Source: Candidatus Entotheonellaceae bacterium | Lineage (GTDB): Bacteria; Tectomicrobia; Entotheonellia; Entotheonellales; Entotheonellaceae | Direction: 5' to 3' | Length of the DNA stretch: 64,000 nt | Assembly: GCA_965238075.1 (NCBI GenBank) | Contig: OZ250173.1 | Location: 2,208,001 to 2,272,000, forward strand | Part shown: positions 57,863 to 64,000 of the stretch, one piece after another | Position numbering within the stretch: position 1 is the stretch's first letter | Layout: every line of letters starts with the position of its first letter | Made by a program: the position numbers and the translations under genes | The notes under the pieces: model-generated | Databases searched by the model: none | The model's input: the letters and a program-made list of their open reading frames with translations, nothing else | Told to the model about the DNA's origin: nothing

Positions 57863-60800
57863 TTATCGTCTATCCCCCTCAACGTACTGCCGCAGAAAGC
57901 GCGCGGTGTGCGAGGCATGCGGGTGGGCGAGCAGATGGTCGGGCGGGCCGGCGATGACGACCTCGCCGCCGGCGTGGCCGCCTTCGGGGCCGAGGTCGAT
58001 GACGTAATCGGATTGGCGGATGACCTCGAGGTTGTGCTCGATGACGATGACCGTGTTGCCGCCGTCGACCAGGGATTGCAGGACGTGCAAGAGTTTTTCC
58101 ACGTCCGCCGGGTGCAGGCCGGTGGTGGGTTCGTCGAGGATGTACAGGGTATGGGCCTGGGCGCTGCGGTTGAGCTCGTAGGCCAGCTTGATGCGCTGCG
58201 CCTCGCCGCCGGAGAGGGTGTTGCTGGGCTGCCCGAGAGTCAGGTAGCCGAGGCCGGCGTCGTGCATGATCCGTAGCGGCCGGTGCACGCTGGCGACGCT
58301 GGCAAAGGCGTCCACGGCCTCCGTCACGGTCAGGTTCAGGATGGCCGCGGCGTGCCTGTCGTTGTAGGCGATCTCCAGCGTTTCCTCGGTGAATCGCTTG
58401 CCGCGGCAGGTCTCGCAGGGCACGAAGACGTCCGGCAGGAAGTTCATTTCCACCTTGCGCTGGCCCTGGCCGCTGCAGGCGTCGCAACGGCCACCCTTGA
58501 CGTTGAACGAAAACCGTCCGGGCGTGTAGCCGCGCAGGCGCGCTTCCGGCGTCTGGGCCAGCAGGCGCCGGATGGTGTCGTAAAAGCCGACATAGGTCGC
58601 CGGGTTGGAGCGCGGGCTTTTGCCGATGGGGGTGTGGTCCACTTGCAGCACGCGCCGCACCGCCTCTGCGCCGTGCAGGTCGCGGTGCGCGCCGAGGCGG
58701 TCGACGCTGCTGCCCAAGCGCTGCCGCAGGGCGGGGTAGAGGGTGTGCTCGACCAGGGTGCTCTTGCCGGAGCCGGAAACGCCGGTTACGGCAATAAACG
58801 TCTCCAGGGGAAAGCTGACGTCGATGCCTTTCAGATTGTGCTCGCAGGCGCCGCGAACGGTCAGGTGGGGGCGGTCTTTCAGGCTGCGTTGGCGCCCGGC
58901 GGGGCCGGGTCGTGCGCCGTTGCGGAGATAGCGCCCGGTGAGCGATGCGGGGTGCTGCGCGAGATGCTGCGGGGAACCGGCGGCGACGATGTGCCCACCT
59001 TGCATGCCGCCGCCGGGGCCGAGGTCGATGACGTGATCGGCGCTACGCATGGTCGCTTCGTCGTGCTCGACCACCAGGATGCTGTTGCCCTGCGCCTTCA
59101 AGCGCTGCAAGGTGGCCAGCAGGCGGGCGTTGTCGCGCGGGTGCAGGCCGATGGTCGGCTCGTCCAGCACGTAGCACACGCCGCGCAGGTTGGAGCCAAG
59201 CTGCGCCGCCAGCCGCAGGCGCTGCGCCTCGCCGCCGGACAGCGTGTCGCTGCGCCGGTCCAGGGTCAGGTAACCCAGCCCCACCTCCTGCATGCACTGC
59301 AAGCGCGCCATGATTTCCGGCAGCAGCGTCGCGGTGATCGCCTGGTCGCGGTCGCCGTGCACGAGCTGCGGCACGCTGGCTGTTGCCGCTTCGACGGACA
59401 GCGCCGAGACGTCGCTGATCGACCGGCCATTGACCCGCACGGCCCGCGCCTGCGGCCGCAAGCGGGCGCCGCGACACGCCGCGCACACCGCCTGCCGCAT
59501 GAACTGAGCCAGATGCCGCCTGACCCGCTCGCGGGTGCTGTCCTCGAACAGCCGGCGGCAGTGCGGCAGGATGCCCTCGAACGAGCCGGTGCGTCCGCTG
59601 GAACCGTTCCAGAACGCCTGGCGTTGCCGCGCTCGCACCTCGGCAAACGGTTTGTCGACGTCAATGTCCAGAATCCGCTCGGTGTCGCGCAACAGCCGCG
59701 CCCGGTGCCGCGCCGAAAATGGCCCACCGTTATACAAGGCCAGGGCGCCCTGGCGCAGCGACAGGCGGCCGTCCGGCACCAGCAGCGCCGGATCGAAGTC
59801 GTCCCGCACGCCGGTGCCGTGGCACGCCGGACACGCCCCTTGCCGACTGTTGAACGAGAACAGCCGCGGGTCGAGGTCGTCGAAGCCGATGTTGCACGCC
59901 GGGCAGAAGAACTTCAGGCTGTATAGGTGCTCGACATGCCCTGGCGCCAGGGCGATGCAGGCGCCTTGCCCCAGCCGCAGCGCCTGCTCCAGGAGGTCCT
60001 GCACGGCTCGTCGTTGTCGTGTGCGCACTTGCGTGGTGCCCACCACAATGTCGATGTCGTGCTCCCGGTAGCGGTCCAGTTGCGGCTGCGGCTCCAGCGC
60101 CATCACCTCGCCGTCGATCCGCACCTCGGAGGCCCCGTTGCGCAGCGCCTGCGCCAACACGTCTTTGTGAAACCCCTTGCGGCCGCGCACCGCCGGCGCC
60201 AGCAGGGTGACCGCCTCGCCTTTGTAGTCCGTCAGCAGGCGCACCAGGATTTGCTCGCCGGTTTGCGAGGTGATCCGCAGGTCGCAGTTCGGGCAGTGCT
60301 GCACGCCGATCTTGGCGTACAGCAGGCGCAGGTAGTGGTGTACCTCGGTGATCGTTGCCACCGTCGAGTTGTGGCCGCCGCGTGTCACCCGCTGCTCGAT
60401 GGCCACGGTCGGCGGCACGCCGCGCACGCTGTCCACGTCCGGCTTGCTCAGCGGTTGCAGGAACTGCCGCGCGTACGCCGACAGGCTTTCCATGTAGCGT
60501 CGCTGCCCCTCGGCGAAAACGATGTCGAACGCCAGTGTCGATTTGCCGGAGCCGCTGAGGCCGGTGATGACGACGAAGCGGTCGAGCGGGATGTCCACCT
60601 CGAGGTTCTTGAGGTTGTGGTGCCGCGCGCCACTGATGGCGATGGCGCCGTTGGCTGATGGAACAACGGCTGCTTCCCCATTCGATTTTGCCAACTGGTA
60701 GGCGTCGGCGTTTGGTTTCAGGTAGGAACGCAGAAACCGGCCCGTGTGCGAGGCGTCGCAGCGGCTCACCTGCTCCGGCGTGCCGGTAGCCACCAGATGC

Positions 60801-63475
60801 CCACCCGCGTCGCCGCCCTCCGGCCCCAGATCGATGAGATAATCGGCGCTTTTGATCACCTCCATGTTGTGTTCGATGACCAGCAGCGAGTGCCCCTGCG
60901 CCAGCAATCGGTCGAAGGCTCGCAGCAGCGTGGCGATGTCCTCGAAGTGCAGGCCGGTGGTGGGCTCGTCGAAAATCAACAGCCGCTGGCCGCCCTCGTG
61001 CAGCCCCATGTGGAACGCCAACTTGAGCCGCTGCGCCTCGCCGCCGGACAGGGTGTTGAGCGGCTGGCCGAGGCGCACGTAGTCCAGCCCCACGTCTTGC
61101 AAGGGTTGCAGTGACCGGATGAGGGCGGGCGCGTCGGCGAAAAATACTGCCGCCTCGACCACGGTGAGCCGCAGCACGTCGGCGATGCTGCGGCCCTTGT
61201 ACGTCACCTCCAACACCTCGCGGCGGAAGCGCGTCCCGTTACAGTCCGGGCAGGTGACGAAGATGTCGGAGAGGAACTGCATGTCGATCTTCTCGAAGCC
61301 GCTGCCCTGGCACGTCTCGCAGCGCCCGCCGGCGGTGTTGAACGAAAACGTGCTGGCGCTCAGGCCGCGCTCGCGCGCCGCCGGGCTGGCGGCGAACAGC
61401 CGCCGGATGTGATCCCAGGCCTTGACGTAGGTGGCCGGATTGGCCCGCGGGGTGCGGCCGACCGGCGCCTGATCGACGAGCGCGATAGCGTCGAGCGCTT
61501 CGCCGCCCGCCAATTCGCGGCACGCCCCCGGGGTGCCGACCGATAGGCCCCTGGCCTTTTGCAGGCCGTTGTAGAGCACCTCGTGCACCAGCGTGCTCTT
61601 GCCCGATCCCGACACCCCGGTGACGCATACCAGCAGCCCCAGCGGAATGCGCACGTCGATGCCCTTCAGGTTGTTCTGGCTGGCGCCGCGCATGGTGATG
61701 GCGTGACCCTTGCGCGGGCGTCGGCGCCGCTTTGGCACCGGGATACGCCGCCGGCCGTCCAGGTATTGGCCGGTCAGCGAATCGCGCGCCTCGGTGATGC
61801 CGTCCGGCGTGCCGAAGTACACGATCTCGCCGCCGCGCTCGCCGGCGCCGGGTCCGAGGTCCAGGATGCGGTCGCTCTCGCGGATGATCTCCGGGTCGTG
61901 CTCCACCACCACGATGGTGTTCCGGTTGGCCTTGAGATGATGCAGGATGCGCACCAGGCGGCGGCTGTCGCGCGGGTGCAGGCCGATGCTCGGCTCGTCG
62001 AGGATGTACAGCGTGTTGACCAGCGACGAGCCCAGCGCCGTGGTCAGGTTGACCCGCTGTACCTCGCCGCCGGACAGCGTCCGTGACTGGCGATTCAGGG
62101 TGAGGTAATCCAGGCCAACGTCCACCAGGTAGCGCAGCCGGCTGCGAATCTCACCGAGCAGCAGGGTGATGGCTTCGTCGTGCGGCGCCGATTCGGCCAG
62201 TTCCTCGAAGAAGTCGGCGCAAGCCCCCACGGACAGGGCGTAAATCTGCGCGATCGTACGGCCGCGGATGCGCGTCAGCAGCGCCTCGGGCTGCAGGCGG
62301 GTGCCCTGGCAGGCGGTGCAGGTGACGTAGCTGCGATAGCGCGCCAGAAAAATGCGTACGTGCATGCGGTACGTGCGCGTCTCCAGCCAGGCGAACCAGC
62401 CGCGCAGGCCGTAGAACTCGCCGTGGCCGTCGATGATCATGGCCTGCTGGGCGCTGCTGAGGCTGGCGAACGGCACGTCGGTGGGGATGTCGTGGTCGTC
62501 GCAGAACGCCAGCAGGGTGCGCCGTTCCTGGCGCGTCGCCTGGGTGCTCCAGGGTTTGATCGCCCCTTGGGCGAGGCTCTTGCGGCGGTCCGGGATGATC
62601 AGATCGAGGTCGATGCCGATGGTGCGTCCGAAGCCCTGGCAGACCTGGCAGGCGCCCAGCGGGCTGTTGAACGAAAACAGGTTGGGCACCGGGTCGCGGT
62701 AGGTGATGTCGCACCTTGGGCAATGCAGGTGCTGGCTGAACTGCAGAGGCTCGCCTTGCGGCAGGCGCACCGCGACCTGGCCCTGGCCGAAGCGCATGGC
62801 CTGTTCGAGTGAATCCAGCAGGCGGGCGCGGCGGTCCGGTTGCAGGAACAGGCGGTCGACTACTACCTCGATGGCGGCGTTTTTCGGCAAGGTGGGTAGT
62901 TCCGCGTCCAATCGCGCCACTTGGCCGTCGATCAGCAGGCGCGTGAAGCCCAGCCGTTGCAGCTCTAGGCGCAACGCCTGGGTCGTCCGCCCGGCGACGC
63001 GCGCGTAAGGAAAACTGATCACGGCGGTCTGCCCGCCGTGCTGTTCCATCAGCGTTGCCACGACGCCGCTGGCCGAGCTGCGCTGTACCGGCTCGCCGCA
63101 CTGCTGGCAGTGCAGTTGCCCCATCTTGGCGAACAGCAGCCGCACGTGGTCGGTCAGCTCGGTCATGGTGCCGACAGTGGAGCGGGCATTCTTAACCGGG
63201 TTGCTCTGGTCGATGGCGATGGTCGGCGGGATGCCCTCGACGTGCTCAACCTGCGGCTTGTCCATGCGCTCCAGGAACTGCCGCGCGTAGGCCGAAAAGC
63301 TCTCGACGTAACGCCGCTGCCCCTCGGCGTACAGCGTATCGAAGGCCAGGCTGGACTTGCCCGAGCCGCTGACGCCGGTAATGACAAGCAACTCGTGCAG
63401 CGGGATATCGAGCGACAGGTTTTTGAGATTGTTGTGCTCCGCGCCAATGATGCGGATGACCTCGGTGGTGCTCAT
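57863..63475 (-). CDS. uvrA: Excinuclease ABC subunit A, double-length (two UvrA units in tandem, ~1870 aa)
   Basis: Four Walker A motifs ([36 protein letters not shown]), four LSGGE signatures and four DEP Walker B motifs; AEGQRRY and FSFNS/FSFN zinc-finger regions each repeated. Confidence 0.95.
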   Translation of the reverse strand: MSTTEVIRIIGAEHNNLKNLSLDIPLHELLVITGVSGSGKSSLAFDTLYAEGQRRYVESFSAYARQFLERMDKPQVEHVEGIPPTIAIDQSNPVKNARSTVGTMTELTDHVRLLFAKMGQLHCQQCGEPVQRSSASGVVATLMEQHGGQTAVISFPYARVAGRTTQALRLELQRLGFTRLLIDGQVARLDAELPTLPKNAAIEVVVDRLFLQPDRRARLLDSLEQAMRFGQGQVAVRLPQGEPLQFSQHLHCPRCDITYRDPVPNLFSFNSPLGACQVCQGFGRTIGIDLDLIIPDRRKSLAQGAIKPWSTQATRQERRTLLAFCDDHDIPTDVPFASLSSAQQAMIIDGHGEFYGLRGWFAWLETRTYRMHVRIFLARYRSYVTCTACQGTRLQPEALLTRIRGRTIAQIYALSVGACADFFEELAESAPHDEAITLLLGEIRSRLRYLVDVGLDYLTLNRQSRTLSGGEVQRVNLTTALGSSLVNTLYILDEPSIGLHPRDSRRLVRILHHLKANRNTIVVVEHDPEIIRESDRILDLGPGAGERGGEIVYFGTPDGITEARDSLTGQYLDGRRRIPVPKRRRRPRKGHAITMRGASQNNLKGIDVRIPLGLLVCVTGVSGSGKSTLVHEVLYNGLQKARGLSVGTPGACRELAGGEALDAIALVDQAPVGRTPRANPATYVKAWDHIRRLFAASPAARERGLSASTFSFNTAGGRCETCQGSGFEKIDMQFLSDIFVTCPDCNGTRFRREVLEVTYKGRSIADVLRLTVVEAAVFFADAPALIRSLQPLQDVGLDYVRLGQPLNTLSGGEAQRLKLAFHMGLHEGGQRLLIFDEPTTGLHFEDIATLLRAFDRLLAQGHSLLVIEHNMEVIKSADYLIDLGPEGGDAGGHLVATGTPEQVSRCDASHTGRFLRSYLKPNADAYQLAKSNGEAAVVPSANGAIAISGARHHNLKNLEVDIPLDRFVVITGLSGSGKSTLAFDIVFAEGQRRYMESLSAYARQFLQPLSKPDVDSVRGVPPTVAIEQRVTRGGHNSTVATITEVHHYLRLLYAKIGVQHCPNCDLRITSQTGEQILVRLLTDYKGEAVTLLAPAVRGRKGFHKDVLAQALRNGASEVRIDGEVMALEPQPQLDRYREHDIDIVVGTTQVRTRQRRAVQDLLEQALRLGQGACIALAPGHVEHLYSLKFFCPACNIGFDDLDPRLFSFNSRQGACPACHGTGVRDDFDPALLVPDGRLSLRQGALALYNGGPFSARHRARLLRDTERILDIDVDKPFAEVRARQRQAFWNGSSGRTGSFEGILPHCRRLFEDSTRERVRRHLAQFMRQAVCAACRGARLRPQARAVRVNGRSISDVSALSVEAATASVPQLVHGDRDQAITATLLPEIMARLQCMQEVGLGYLTLDRRSDTLSGGEAQRLRLAAQLGSNLRGVCYVLDEPTIGLHPRDNARLLATLQRLKAQGNSILVVEHDEATMRSADHVIDLGPGGGMQGGHIVAAGSPQHLAQHPASLTGRYLRNGARPGPAGRQRSLKDRPHLTVRGACEHNLKGIDVSFPLETFIAVTGVSGSGKSTLVEHTLYPALRQRLGSSVDRLGAHRDLHGAEAVRRVLQVDHTPIGKSPRSNPATYVGFYDTIRRLLAQTPEARLRGYTPGRFSFNVKGGRCDACSGQGQRKVEMNFLPDVFVPCETCRGKRFTEETLEIAYNDRHAAAILNLTVTEAVDAFASVASVHRPLRIMHDAGLGYLTLGQPSNTLSGGEAQRIKLAYELNRSAQAHTLYILDEPTTGLHPADVEKLLHVLQSLVDGGNTVIVIEHNLEVIRQSDYVIDLGPEGGHAGGEVVIAGPPDHLLAHPHASHTARFLRQYVEGDRR

Positions 63476-63559
63476 GGGTGGCCTCTGCGGTCGTCTGGAG
63501 CGAGCCAAATTAGGGACAATGGTTCTATGGAAATCGCCTGCCCAACGTCCCCGCATCGG

Positions 63560-64000
63560 TCATTCCGGCGCACGCCGGAAGGTGGATTCACATTTCAAGT
63601 GCAACACGTGTTTCCAGAAGGTCTCGGCTGGCGTTTGGTAACCGAGACATTTGCGAGGCGTATTGTTGTACGCCTGCACCCGTTCCGTAAAGCGCTTCTC
63701 TGGCAACAGCGCCAAGTCCGTCTTACGGGGCAAGCTGCGGCGCATGCGACCGATGTCGTTTTCCACTCCGCCCTTTTGCCACGGCGCATGGGTGTCGCAG
63801 AAGAAGGTCTCGATGCCGAGGTCATGGAGCTTGTAATGTCTTGCGAACTCCGTGCCGTTGTCGAAGGTGACCGTTTGGCGCCACTCAGACGGCAAGGAGC
63901 CCAGGAGACCTCTCATGGCCTTGGCGATGGGAGCGGCGGCTTTGCCGGGCGCCCTGGCCGCGATGAGAAGACGCGACTGGCGCTCGTGCAAAGTCAGGAT
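63560..64000 (-). CDS. IS30-family transposase, C-terminal part
   Basis: TVTFDNGTEF, FFCDTHAPWQKGGVEN, YNNTPRKCLGYQTPAE. Confidence 0.92.
   Translation of the reverse strand: MLTLHERQSRLLIAARAPGKAAAPIAKAMRGLLGSLPSEWRQTVTFDNGTEFARHYKLHDLGIETFFCDTHAPWQKGGVENDIGRMRRSLPRKTDLALLPEKRFTERVQAYNNTPRKCLGYQTPAETFWKHVLHLKCESTFRRAPE
63581..64000 (-). mobile_element. IS30-family insertion sequence (one end only in window)
   Basis: Transposase plus IS30-like terminal sequence GGTGGATTCACATTTCAAGTGCAAC from 63581; the other end is outside the window. Confidence 0.8.

Overview
GC-rich bacterial genomic window of core genes interrupted by defence and toxin-antitoxin (TA) patches; I cannot assign the taxon reliably. 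From left to right: (1) A QueC/QatC-like gene missed by the ORF track runs off the left edge. It is translationally coupled to an upstream 260-aa protein beginning Met-Gly-His, preceded by intact and decayed TA genes. (2) A glycerolipid acyltransferase, a four-gene MoxR AAA+ cluster and small metabolic genes. (3) An ~12 kb type 3-like BREX locus (brxF, brxC, pglXI, pglZ, brxA). It lacks the brxHII helicase except for a likely C-terminal scar, and carries a Schlafen/AlbA_2-domain gene between brxC and pglXI. (4) An MBL-TPR gene, an enolase-superfamily gene, moaC, alaS, a partial type II secretion operon (gspG-H-I-J-K-N) and a PHP phosphoesterase. (5) A 17.5 kb complex I region with two membrane arms but no nuoB, nuoG or nuoI. 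(6) A second TA patch, a double-length UvrA, and an IS30-family element inserted into a palindromic repeat. Several small palindromic and composite repeat families occupy intergenic space, and one lies in-frame in the gspJ leader. I recognised no rRNA, tRNA or CRISPR array. All family assignments come from motif recognition by eye, not database searches.
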